From contig OX597827.1 of assembly GCA_951406725.2 (NCBI GenBank), forward strand, positions 79,112,001 to 79,176,000: a stretch of 64,000 nt of DNA, read 5' to 3'. This document shows positions 30,828-44,356 of this stretch, in pieces; position 1 is the stretch's first letter; each line of letters starts with the position of its first letter. The stretch comes from Octopus vulgaris. Its lineage: Eukaryota. Position numbers and translations under genes: made by a program. The notes under the pieces were generated by a model. The model searched no databases and was not told the DNA's origin. It saw only the letters and a list, made by a program, of their open reading frames with translations.

Positions 30828-31960
30828 TATTTTATTTTATTTATTTTATCTTATTTTGTTATTTTATTTATTTTATTTTATTTTATTTTATTTTATTTCA
30901 AATCATTTATTTTATTTATTTTGTTTAATTTATTTCTATTTTATTTTATTTTATTCTATTTCATTTCCCTTTATTTTATCCATTTTATTTTATTTATTTT
31001 ATTTTGTTATTTTATTTTATTTATTTAATGTTATTTTATTTCATTTCATTTATTTTATTTATTTTGTTTAATTTATTTTTATCTTATTTCATTTTATTTT
31101 ATTTTATTTATTTTATTTTATTTTATTTTATTTTATTCTATTCTATTTTATTTTATTTTATTCCTTGTATTTTCTTATTTACCTGTTTTCTTCACAAATT
31201 CTAGTGCTGTTCTTGAGTACTTTTACTGAGTGATGCATTACCCTTAACATAGTTCTCAGGTGAGATTCAGTGTGACATAGAATATGACAAGGCTGGATCC
31301 TTTGAATTACTGGTACAACTCATTTTTGCCAGCTGAGTGGACTGGAGCAATAAAGTGAAATAAAGTGTTTTGCCCAAGGACACAACAAGCCATCGGGAAT
31401 TGAACTCATGATCTTATGATTGTGAGCCAATTACTCTAATCACGAAGCCATGTGCCTTCTGTAATAAAATGTAGCTTAAAGGAATATGACCAGTTTGTAG
31501 GATTATTGTTTGTCAACATTGTACAATATATTTCTTCAACTGATGGATGAGTTTAAATTAAGTCAAATTATGTTCCATTAAATAAAATAGAATAAAATAA
31601 AATAAAAATAAATTAAACAAAATAGATAAAATAAATGAAATGAAATAAGAAAATACAACAAATAAAATAAAATAAAATAGAATAGAATAAAATAAAATAA
31701 AATAACAAAATAAAATAAAATAAAATAAATAAAATAAAATAAAATAAAATAAAATAAAATAAAATGAAATAAAATAAAATGAAATAAAATAAGATAAAAA
31801 TAAATTAAACAAAATAGATAAAATAAATGAAATGAAATAAAATAGCATAAAATAAATAAAATAAAATAAAATAAAATGAATAAAATAAAATAAAATAGAA
31901 TAGAATAAAATAAAATGAAATAAAATAAAATAAAATGAAATAAAATAAATAAATAAAATG
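30828..31960. repeat. (TTTTA)n tract (30828-31160) and inverted (TAAAA)n tract (31578-31960)
   Basis: Direct observation. A third (TTTTA)n tract lies at 34061-34295. Confidence 0.9.
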
Positions 31961-32490
31961 TAATTGTATTTAATTTAAATTCATGCAATGGCCAGAAGAA
32001 TATTTTTCTTGATAGATTCTTTTGCTATTCTAATAAATTCATTGTCTTTATTTATTAGGTCATACTTAATGACATCACAGATCCAATTTCAATTTTATCT
32101 CAACAAGATACATACAACTACCAGCTGCTATCAGTGGACTAGGAAGGTCTGAGGAGCATGCTTTCCTTTGCCTATCACATGGACACTGGTCTTGAGTTTT
32201 ATTCCAATGTAGACTAAATTCAGTATTCTGGCATTCTGGCTTTGAAAAGAATAGCATTGCCCCTAATTTCTCTTTTGCTATGGCATGTCTGGTGGTGTAA
32301 TTAAGGTGCGATTAAATATGCTCATTGCAATGTGCAGTGCTTGGGTTGTGCCAGGCTATTCGAAACATGTGTAGGCTAAACAACTCATCAATGATGCATC
32401 TTCATTCTTTATGTCTTATATGCATGTATGTATGTATGTATGTATGTATGTATGTATGTATGTATGTATGTATGTATGTATGTATGTATG

Positions 32491-32537
<47 letters not shown>

Positions 32538-32555
32538 ATATATATATATATATAT

Positions 32556-32638
<83 letters not shown>

Positions 32639-33096
32639 CTTTTCCAAGTGGAACTGGTCTTAATTGTCATTTGGTAATTATAATATGTTCTCTAGAGGTA
32701 GAAATAGTTTTAATAAATCAGGAATTCCTATAGCATTTGTCAAATGTTGTTCAAATTCATGCCACTGGTCACTTTGAGCTATTTCTTTTAGCTCAGTTTT
32801 GTTTTATTAATACACACCCACACACATACATGGCTTGACTGACTCAGGGATTGAACTCCCACCCACAAGCTAACACTTCTTTTCCCTCCCACTGTCCTGT
32901 ATTCTCTCAATCACATCCAACCCTCTTTACTAATACACAACAAAAACCTCAACTTCCTACAAAAGGCTACAATCTTACACTGTTGGTTGTTTTTGTTGTT
33001 TAACCCCAGGTCTGTTCTGATCAAGCTGGCCTATGATGAGAAGCCTCCAAGCCATGACCATCCAGGCTTATATTTAGACATGGTATACATCTGATT

Positions 33097-33330
33097 TAAG
33101 GCGGCGATCTGGCAGAGTCGTTAGGACGCCAGGCGAAATGCTTAGCGGTATTTCGTCTGCCGTTACGTTGTGAGTTCAAATTCCGCCGAGGTCGACTTTG
33201 CCTTTCATCCTTTCGGGGTCGATAAATTAAGTACCAGTTACGCACTGGGGTAGATTTAATCGACTTAATACCTATGTCTGTCCTTGTTTGTCCCCTCTGT
33301 GTTTAGCCCCTTGTGGGTAATAAAGAAATA
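33097..33330 (+). mobile_element. tRNA-derived SINE family B, full length with 15-bp TSD
   Basis: Head ggcggcgatctggcagagtcgttag, B box GAGTTCAAATTCC, core gtcgactttgcctttcatcctttcggggtcgataaattaagtacc. TSD ggt(a/c)tacatctgatt at 33082-96 and 33331-45. Other copies at ~8600-8820, 11775-12005(-), 14533-14750, 19359-19555, 22280-22410, 33625-33790, 49520-49675(-) and 51145-51575 (x2). Confidence 0.85.
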
Positions 33331-34363
33331 GGTCTACATCTGATTACATCGTTTGGTATGTCCTGTTAGTTGAGTATAAATTGAGGAAGATTTGGCTGCT
33401 ATTTCTAATTGATTGTGTATTGATTATCTCCCCACTACTTAGAGCAATGACATGCGCCTCTTCATGGTACCTATTTTTCACACTAGGCAACACTATTAGG
33501 TTTCAATCCTCAGTTGAAGCTAAAACTCATTATTTATGGTATTGAAGAATAAATGCCACGTAATCTTGTTTCCATTCTTGAACAATATTTGTTGTCTAAT
33601 TAAGAAATTAATATTATTGTTAAGGCATGGAGGGCAGTGGGCCAGCAGAACCATTCAAGCATTGGGCAAAAATGCCTTGTGGCTTTTGTTCAGGCTTTTA
33701 TGCTCTCTGAGTTCGAATCCCACCAAGGTCAACTTTGCTTTTCACCCTTTCAAGGGTTTGATAAAATAAAGTACCAGTCAAGTACTGGTGGTGGTGGTGG
33801 TGGTGGTGGTGGTGGGGTGATGAAATTGATTACCCCCACTCCCACCCATCAAAATTACTGGCCCCCGTACTTCAATTAAAAACAATTATTATTAAAGCAG
33901 AGAAGGGGCAGAAATGGCCAAGTCCCTTCTGTGTTTATTTCATTGTGTTGTCATGGTTACAACTAGTCAATCACTGGTTCACAGCTTCCCTGATGGCCAC
34001 CCTGATAAGGGACTCTTCAACTCAGCCACACAACAAAGAGATTTCACTTAAAAAGCACCATTTATTTCATTTTATTTTATTTATTTATTTTTTATTTTAT
34101 TTATTTTATTTATTTATTTATTTATTTATTTCATTTTATTTTATTTTATTTTATTTATTTTATTTATTTTTTATTTTATTTTATTTATTTTTTATTTTAT
34201 TTTATTTATTTATTTATTTATTTTATTTTATTTTATTTATTTTATTATATTTATTTATTTGTTTTATTTTATTTTATTTTTTTATTTATTTATTTGCCAT
34301 ATACTTCCTGGATGTAAAGATTTTCTTGTTTTTGGTTTTGTTGGTGCCAACACAAGAACAAGA

Positions 34364-34404
<41 letters not shown>

Positions 34405-34866
34405 TGTGTGTGTATTGCTGTTGTGTTTTTGTTTATGGTGTTGGTAAGGTGGCAGTGACAGTGCTGCTGCTACTACTACTGCTGCTGCTGCTGGTGATGG
34501 TGGTGGTGGTGGTGGCAGTGGTGGTGGTATGGATGATGGTGATGCTGATTATGGTGATGGTATTGACGATGATTCAGACTTCAGCTGTAATAGAAAACAA
34601 CATTGGTCTCAGATTAAGTTGTAAGTTGAAACCATGTGTACAGCTGTGTGTGTGTGTGTGTGTGTGTGTGAGATGTATATTCATTGTGTATATATATGCA
34701 TGCTTCTGTGTGTGTGTATAAACATATAATAAATATATACTTATGTATGGATGTATATACATACATTTAGATATTTGTATCTATAAACATATACATTCAT
34801 ATATATGCATACATACACACATACACCCATACATACATAAATACATATATACATACATACATACAC

Positions 34867-34919
<53 letters not shown>

Positions 34920-36112
34920 CATATATGTATATATATATATGTATGTATATATATATGTATATGCACATATGTACCTATGTATACACATACTTGCAAATTA
35001 ATACACACACACACACACACACGTATGTTTGTATGTATGTGTGTATATAAATCACACTTTCCTCATTGATTTACAGAGGTTGTGTGAGAAATAACTGTGA
35101 CTCGGTGTTCAAAAATAGAAACATCCAGAAGTGAGAATTTATTGAGGAGAAAAAAAACCCAACCCACTAAAAGGGAGAAAGAAGCGATAGAGAGGGTGGT
35201 GATTAAATGAAAGCGTTTGAATTTGATAGGGTCTGCAGCGGAATTGGATGGGATCAAGTGACGGTTTGTTTTAAAACAGGCTCCTTCCTTTATGTCTAAC
35301 TAATGGGATCAGTTGTAAGATTAACAGCTGTAATCCATAGCTATGATGATGATGTTGATGTTGATGATGATGATGCTGTTGGTTGTTGTGGTGGTGATGT
35401 TGTTAGGGGTTGTAGAGGTGGTCATGTGGCAGTAGTGGCAATGATGATGGTGATGATGGTGGTGGTGGGGATGTATTATCAGCCAATATAATCACTGAAA
35501 TCCTCTCTCTTCTATCTATCCAACCATTCTAAGACCTGGTGCTTACCATAAAATTCTTTTGACCAGAAAGAATTGAGTGATGCTTACATCGTAAGAATGT
35601 AAGCTTATGGCATAAAATTCTTACTGGTAAGAACACAGTTTCTAAAAGGGGCAGAGGAATTTGAAGGATTGCTTTGATCCAATGGTAGAACATCTGTCAT
35701 ATTTACAAAAGATATAGATTCAAGTCCCAGTGGCAACTTTTCACTTTTTTCTTTCCAAAGGGCTTTTTAACCCAATATTTTGGTGATCATATTTATACCT
35801 GTATCTGCTTTGAGTTCAATCAGTAAAAACAAATTGCACACACACACATATGTGGCCAGTGGCACCTACGCAGGTGGCATGTAAAAACACCAATTACACC
35901 CTCGGAGTGGTTGGCATTAGGAAGGGCATCCAGCTGTAGAAAACCATGCCAAATCAGACTGGAGTCTGGTGCAGCCTTCCAGCTTACCAGACCTGGTCAA
36001 ACCATCCAACCCAAGCCAGCATGGACAACGGACGTTAAATGATGCTGCTGCTGCTGATATATATATATATATATATATATGTAAATAGTATATGCATATA
36101 TATATATATGTG

Positions 36113-36178
<66 letters not shown>

Positions 36179-36234
36179 CATATACCTATACACACACACA
36201 CATGTGTGTGTGTGTGTGTGTGTGTATTACATAG

Positions 36235-36635
36235 ATGCAGGCGTGACTGGGTGATAAGAAGTTTGCTTCCCAACCACATGGTTCCAGGTTCAGACCCACT
36301 GTATGACACCTTAGGCAGGTGTCTTCTACCATGGGCTGACCAAAGCCTTGTGAATGTATTTGCTTGATGGAAACTAAAAGAAGCCTCTTGTGTATTTGTG
36401 TGTGTGTTTGTGTTCATCCACCCCCACTACCACTTAAAAACTGGTGTCTCCATAACTTAGTGGTTCATCAAAAGAAACTGATAGAATAAGTACCAAGCTG
36501 AGAGACAAAAGTACTGGGGATTTGTATGGCAAAAATCCTTCAAGACAGTGCCCCTGCATGGCCACAGCCTAATGACTGAAACACATAAAAGACTAAAGAT
36601 AAAAGATGAAAGATGAAAGATGAAAGATAAAAGAT
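36235..36635 (+). mobile_element. SINE family A, diverged
   Basis: Same head and tail with an (AAAGATG)n end. Another diverged copy at 39240-39575 (-) and a 3' half at 17015-17200 (+). Confidence 0.7.
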
Positions 36636-36771
36636 TCATGTCACTGTATTGACCAGACTACTGGATGTTGTTATCAACCGCTGGCCACAAATGTGTTTCC
36701 TTGGATAGTTGCAGCTTTTAAATGATGCCACATACATACAAACACACTCACACACACACACATGTGTATGT

Positions 36772-36831
<60 letters not shown>

Positions 36832-37061
36832 AAGTACTGACTTTCATGGTAAGCATGTATTTTCGTGGTTGAAACCCTTTGGATTAACTAGTGCTAGAGT
36901 GAGCAATATAGTGACCACTTTATATTTATTTTGTAAAAATATTATAATATATATATATATAATCCATACTAGGCCACTTGTGTGGAATAAATATACTATA
37001 AATTAGTATCTAATACACACACACACATGTGCACATACATCCATCTGCCCATACATACTTG

Positions 37062-37124
<63 letters not shown>

Positions 37125-38535
37125 GTTAGGACTAGAAAATAAAGGTATTTGGTGTAAAACATGAAGATACAATAGAACACTAGATGGAGAAAGTAGAGTG
37201 TTAACAAATATATACATTAAAGCTGATACTTTAATTTGCCTGACTTTAACTTTCCCATTTCTGGTCTGCAGACGAAATCTGATGAAAGAGGAAACCAGTA
37301 AGAAGAGAGCTCAGATTATGAAAACAAAAACAAAAAGGGAAGCAAATGATTGGTTGCTTGTCGAAAGATAAATCAATATAGAACGATATGATTGGTTGCC
37401 AATAGCAATATAGAACGATATGATTGGTTGCCAATAGAAAGATAAAATCAATGAACTGAAAAATGAAATTAATAAGAATATGATTCAATCCTATCAATTA
37501 CAGGTATTTTAGGCCATTCATAAAGTGTCATTCACATTCAAATACAACAAAATAATAGAAAATAAATAAAAAAGAAAATATTGAAAAAGTGAGTGTCAGA
37601 AGAGAGAGTGAGAAGAAAATAATGTTAAATTTTAAAAAGCTGTCAGAAAACATTTTCCATTCATGTAACAGCCTGGAATGTAACAAAGAAAAAAAAAAAA
37701 TGGTGATGGTTGAAGAATAGACGAAGAATGCAAAAAAGCAAAAATGGAAATGGAAACAAAAAAATATGACAGTGGTAGAAACTTCATTGGAAATTTTCTA
37801 TGGCAGATGCATTTTTTAATTGCTTTATTTTTCTTTTTTAAAATGACATAGTAAATATTTGGCTTTATACAGACAATCACAAAGAATTTAATTTCCTGAA
37901 TTCCAACAGTTCTCAATCTTTGATAATATTAAAACCTTGTCAGTTAAACAAAGATGACACCTTGGTATACCTGTTGTTAGCAGGTGTAACACCAAGACTA
38001 GTCCAAGTTATATCAAAGGTATTGCCATAAGTTTCCGTAATCTCCAAATCTATCTTGAATGACTTGTTGAAAATTTTCTCTTTGGCTTGAGTTGGAAATG
38101 TCTGTGTGAGTATTATGTCATCATGAAATTCATTTGCCGTTGTTATTCTGAATATTTAAGACAGTTTTCATTAAGGAGTCTCTTACAACTGTACATCTAA
38201 TTAGAAGTGCACTTGGTGAAGGTGTTACCATTGTCTGAAAGATCTTTTACGTTAATGGAGTTAGCAGAACTTGCTAAATTTTTGCAACTAGTGTAAGAAA
38301 CTTGAATAGTCTTTCCATTCAGGATTTCATCATACCTATGTTAGAGTATCTTTAATACATGCCTGCTTGCATGCATACATGCCTGCCTACCTACCTACCT
38401 ACCTACCTAACTACATACATACATACATACATTCATACTTACATACATATATACATGCAAAAGTTAGCTTTACTTTGCAGCTCATTAATATATATGATAA
38501 GAAAGTGAGCTGGCAGAATTGTTAGCATGCTGGAT

Positions 38536-38838
38536 ATTGTTGTTGTCTGTTCCTTCTCAAGCCATGCCTGGCTCACAAGGGCCGGTTTCCCAGTTTCTTG
38601 GTGTATAGGTTCCCCACCTGGATGGGACGCCGGTCCATCGCAGGTGAGCTGCAAGATGCAGGAGGAAAGAGTGAGAGAAAGTTGTGGTGAAAGAGTCAGC
38701 AGAAGTTTCACCATTACCTTCTGCCGGAGCCGCATGGAGCTTAGGTGTTTTGCTCATAAACACACACATCAAGATTTGAACCCACGATCCCTCGACCGTG
38801 AGTCCGCTGCTCTAACCACTAGGCCATGTGCCTCCACT
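38536..38838 (-). mobile_element. tRNA-derived SINE with (CAA)n tail, nested in a family B SINE (38503-39025)
   Basis: Head GGAGGCACATGGCCTAGTGGTTAG...GGTTCAAATC. Perfect 10-bp TSD CATGCTGGAT at 38526-35 and 38839-48 splits the host SINE. Confidence 0.85.
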
Positions 38839-40485
38839 CATGCTGGATGTAATGCTTAGCGGTATTTCGCCCATCACTACATTCTGATTTCAAGTTCCGC
38901 TAAGGTCGACTTTGCCTTTCATCCTTTTGGGGCCAATAAAAAAAGTAGCTGTGAATCACTGGGGTCAATGTGATTGACTGCCCCCCCTCCCCAATTCCAG
39001 GCCTTTTGCCTTTAGTAGAAAGGATTAATAAATATGATGAAAATCATATGTGTTATTGAGGTGATTTTATAATCCTCATTATCTGGCTATACATCCATAT
39101 GCATGTACGTACATGCATGCATAGATACACGATGGCTGTTGACTTGTTAAACAAGTATGACCATGGCTGACTAAATAATGTGTATCATAGCATTACATGT
39201 TGTGAGGATGACAATGGGGGAACATCTTAAACTTAGGCAGCAGCCATGCCGGGGAACCACTTCCAAGGGTTTCGTTAAACAAATTAACCCCAAAGTCTGT
39301 TACTTATTCTATCAGTTTCCTTTTGCCAAATTGCTAAGTTACAGGGACTTAAATAAATCAACACCAGTTGTCAACAAATGGGTGGAGGACAAACACAAAG
39401 ACACTCATATATCTATATATGCATATATATGACAGGCTTCTTTCAGTTTTCATGTACCAAACCCACTCACATGGTTTTGGTGGGCCTGAGGCTATTGTAG
39501 AAGACGCTTGCCCAAGGTGCTACACTGTGGGACTGAACCCAGAGCAATGTGGTTGGGAAGCAAGCTTCTAACCATTCTGCATATTTACTTAAATATGTAA
39601 ATATATACAATCATACAAACTCACACACAAACACTTAATACCACACGGACACAGTTAATATCGCATACACTACACATGCACACACACTACCATGCATGCA
39701 CACACACACACTACCATATATACACACACACACACAATACAGTTACTACCACACGTACACACACTACCATGCATGCACATACACACACATTCAGTTACTG
39801 CCACACATACACATTACCATACACACACACACACTATCACGCACAGATGTGCCACCACACATGAGCGTGCACACAGATGTCAACCATTCTTCACACTCTC
39901 CTCTCCCAGAAAGCACTTTCTCTTTGCCCTTCTATTTCCGGTCATTCCAAAATGTAACTACAGGTGGACTGTTGGTGATTTCTTTCCCTCTTCTTCCTTT
40001 TCCTTTCCTATGTTTCCTGCTTTGAGCCATGCTCGAAATGTAAAACAACCACTCTTTTTCTTCTCTGAGCATCTTATTAATACTTTGCATCTGCTACATC
40101 CTCATGTTGTTGTGTTTTTCTTGTCTTTTTCTGTTTCTTGAATTCATTATATATAAAACTTTTCTTCAATATGAAAGATAGCTTATCATATTTTATGACA
40201 ATCACGTCAGTGGTCCCCTTTAAATACATCTTTACTTATGTTTGTATCTATTTCATAAGGTTCATTTAAAAAAATTTTTCTAGCAGCTTTTAGATAATTA
40301 ATGCATCATATAAAACCTATATTGTCTAAACTATTAATCAATCTAATCAATGCTAATACTAACTTCCTATCTACTTAAAATCATAGTAGAAATGACAGAT
40401 GACAGTTAAGAAATTTTTAGATATGGTGAATTCAAATTACGATGAAAATAAACAAAGTTTGATTTAGAATTGTTGAGATTTATTG

Positions 40486-40613
40486 AAAGATAAGGAAATA
40501 ATTTTATTCTCAAACGCATAATAATGCTAATGCAAATATGGATAATTTATCCTGTTCATGCTATATTATTAGCATTATCCTGCGTCTGAGAATAAAATTA
40601 ATTTCATATCTTT
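40486..40613. repeat. ~128-bp imperfect palindrome (hairpin)
   Basis: Left arm aattttattctcaaacgcataataatgctaat pairs with attagcattatcctgcgtctgagaataaaatt; the centre is ggataa-t-ttatcc. Confidence 0.8.
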
Positions 40614-41409
40614 TTAAATATGAATTTGGAATAACATATAGCTCCTTATTTGGTGTTTCTGAACATACATACATCTTGGCCAGTATTTTCTTTAGGGAGT
40701 TTAAATAGAGATATATATTGGATTTCATAGCAAGGGAGTCAAAAATTAAATATTAGATATTTAAGCAACCAAGTCCTTTAATGTTTTGGTCTTGATTCAA
40801 ATAATTGTGAGTGGAAAAATGAATATACAAATACCTAAAAAATAATGATAGCTAAGAGAAAATTCCATGTATATTTTAAACATCTTTTTGTTTATTTATA
40901 TTTTCCTTTAAATCTCATCTACGAAGAGTACAAATCCGACCTTTATGATGTTCTCTTTATGAAAATCTTGGTCTTTTTGTCAGAAACAATTGTCTGGGAA
41001 TATGAAATAAAAGGATAATCCATTTAAACATCCAATCTGCTTCATTTCATTTATATGATGAAACTTATTGAATTTTGTTTGATAAATTAAGTCTCATATT
41101 GATTATATATATATCCTGTACTGTTAATTTGTTGATATGTTTAACAAAATAAAGCACTGAATACATTTATGCTATTAATATTTTATATACAACAGATCAT
41201 CTACAACAGGCTACTTCAAGTTTGATACCAGAAAGAAGATGACAGACTCTGCTCAGGCAGTCCAAGCATGGCCATCTTTGTGGTGAGAGAAGATTGAGAA
41301 AAAGTATTATTTGGATGTGAATAGTCATTTTGTCTAGAAGGAGGGGTAAATATATTTGATAATTTATACTGAGGGTTGGGGTGAGGTTCAGCAACAAGTA
41401 TAGCAATTA

Positions 41410-41720
41410 ATTCAGGGTACAAGTAGGGATTCACCAAAGATCAGTCATCAGCCCACTCTTGTTCATCATAGTCCTCCATGCACTAACAGAGGAAGGTAAG
41501 ACAGGCTGCCGTCCCTGGGAGCTCCTCTATGCTGATGACCTTGTTCTTATAGCTGAATCACTACCAGAACTAGAGAAGAAATTTCAGGTGTGAATGCAAG
41601 GTCTGGGAATGAAGGGCCTTAGAGCCAACCTAGCAGAAACCAAAGTCTTAGTAAGTAGGAAAGCAGACAAACCACAAATCCCTTCATGTAGACGGCCCTG
41701 CTCAATCTGTATGAAAGGCA
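41410..41720 (+). mobile_element. RTE-clade RT fragment
   Basis: VGIHQRSVISPLLFIIV...PWELLYADDLVLIAES...GLRANLAETKVL...PCSIC, with a stop and a frameshift. Confidence 0.8.
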
Positions 41721-42504
41721 TTGTAAAATATAAACCAAATGTAAATCATACAAATATTGGAACCTCCTTCTAATTAATTTCTGAATATTTATAAGATATA
41801 TTTCCCCTTATGTTTTACAATAATTAAAAGTACAAAAATTTACATCCCTACTTAATTTAGGTCTCCTTATATAGAGAATATTACCTCCCTTGTTACCTAG
41901 CGAGTCTATAATGAGGCTACTTCTGGTAGAAACACTCTGTATTACATGGAAAAATGCGAGCATGAGAAATAATATTCTTAAGATTATATACCTGGAAAAG
42001 TACAAGACAAGTTATTTCATCTGGTAAAAAATACTCTGTGTGTGTGGATGTATACATCTGTGTGTTTGTGTATGTATTTGTGTGTATACTGGCTTAAAAT
42101 TTAGTGTCAAGTTGTATCTGTTTATAAAAAAAAAGGGCAACTGAAAAACTCAATAAACAGAATCCATTGATTGGAACCGGTATAAAAAGGGAAAATAAAG
42201 AATAACATAACAGAAGGTCGGTTTTTCAATAATTTTTAATCAAGCAGAATTCAATAAATGTAAAGATAATCCAGTAAGTACAATGATGTTCCATCAACAA
42301 TATTACAGTAGAAACAGGTTTACACACATAAAATTCAACAATTCCTTGTTTGCACTGGTTTTTATGGAACCAACAACAACAACACAAATATTTCTACACA
42401 ATGTTCTAACATGTAAAGAAGGAGGAGACAAGTTGACTAATATTTTCAGTCTATATAATCCATAGTGAGTCACAGACACAAACCGAGGTGGCACACACAC
42501 ACAT

Positions 42505-42535
<31 letters not shown>

Positions 42536-43435
42536 ATCTGGCATAAAGGTGAAATCTTGGGCTAGACACATCATGTGGTGAGAAAGCACCGCCTGACCCA
42601 AGATTTCAGGATCTTGTCTTTTTTTTGTAAGCATCTGAATCAGACGTTTGATTATGGAATCCTGCAGTCTAGAAGGGTCTGAGACCTTTAGGCTCTGTCT
42701 TTCCATCTCACACTAATAAATAAATAAATATATTTATGTATATACAACAATCTAGAGTTCTGAAGCAACAAACACCAGCCTCTCATATGTGGATGACCTC
42801 TTCAGTAGATTTATTATGCCTGTAGAGGTACAAAGTTTTTGCAAATATAACTGGGACACGTTCTATCATTTGTAACACATAATCCAGCCCGTACTAATAT
42901 AGACAAACTAAGTTGGGATGCTAACTGGAAGCAATCTAAAAGAAACCATGGCAGTCTTGAAGAATTTATCAGTCTAACTTATCAAGCAGAGAAGGCTGGT
43001 GTCGATAGAAAGGCTGGGGTACATCACAAGATTAAGTTATTGAATGTAGAAAAAGATGAAGGCAAGAGAATATGACAAAGGTAAAGTACTTTATGAATTT
43101 GATTGGGAATATTTCCCTATTCAACCTTTGGTTCTTGCAAGTATAAAGCTGCCTTTCTTTACTTAATTTCTGGATACACAGAGTATGTACCAAATATGGC
43201 AGCAATGAAAGCTTTAAACTTGAGACAAATGTCTGTTTCATCTTAGACTTCAGTTAAAAAAAAAAAGAAAAAGGAATTACTAGTTATGTATACTGAGATC
43301 TTCAATATACCTATTTAGCTTAAATAACTAAGAGAAAAACTCCATCAGATTTACTGAATGAAGCACAATAGTTTATTCTCTTTTAATTTTAATGAAACAT
43401 TGTTAGTTTCAGCAATAGAAACATAACTATATAGA

Positions 43436-43522
43436 TAAATAGAGGGTATCCTGAGGATAAATAGAGAGTACCCTGAAGATAAATATAGGGTACTCTGAAT
43501 ATAAATTATGGGGTACTCTGAT
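43436..43522. repeat. ~22-bp minisatellite x4
   Basis: ataaatagagggtatcctgagg / ataaatagagagtaccctgaag / ataaatatagggtactctgaat / ataaattatggggtactctgat. Confidence 0.8.
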
Positions 43523-44192
43523 TACAGAGAGTGAGCTGGTTACTGCTCCAACTGTTGTTGGCTCCAGAAAGATTATTTTGAAATTATCTCATTAGTTCAT
43601 CTCAGAGGCCTTGAAAAATAGTTTTGTCAGATAAAACCTGATTCAACAAGAGACAGCAGCATGAATGTTTCATGCACTGGGTTTTTGTTGGATCTCCTTC
43701 ACATAGTGACCTTATCTCAACTGGTCCCTATATATGACCCCAACATGGCATGCCTGTTACTGCTGTGAACTTCACCAAGATTAAAAGCAATTCAAGTTAA
43801 AATGGAAAAGAAAAGAAAAAGCTGAAGGCTCAGTTTAATTAAATAGTTCTGGTAATTAGAACTGTTTTGTCATAAGGATCTAAAATAGACAATGAAACCC
43901 AAACGAACAAGATGGAGTTATTACAAAGTGCTGCCATAGAGATTTTCTCAACCAACAGAAGTGTCAGATCCGTTCTGTGTAGATTTGACATTTTGGGGTT
44001 GTGACGTAGTTTTTGAATCAAACTGACACAAACAACTAGGGTAGATTTTGATTGTGACCATCAGTGACAATGGTTTTGCCACTGGCCTTTGGAAAGGGTC
44101 AGAACAATTGAACAATTGATTAGATTTTACTGTAGAAGTTTGTAGCATTTCTAAGGCCTTGATATAGTTGACAGTGAATACACACTACATAC

Positions 44193-44250
<58 letters not shown>

Positions 44251-44310
44251 ATACATACACACATAAATACAGATATAGTATTATACATACATATATGTAT
44301 GTATATACAC

Positions 44311-44356
<46 letters not shown>

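Noticed and set aside
37276-37305. CTGATGA-aagag-GAAAC-ca-GTA hammerhead-like string
   Set aside because: Stem II cannot pair and there is no stem I complementarity; probably chance.
40905-40995. Minus-strand frame NCF-TGA-QKDQDFHKENIIK suggesting selenocysteine
   Set aside because: No SECIS or selenoprotein motif is visible, and the exon itself is unsupported.
42793-42815. YVDDLF, resembling an RT active site
   Set aside because: No other RT motifs occur in the flanking frames.
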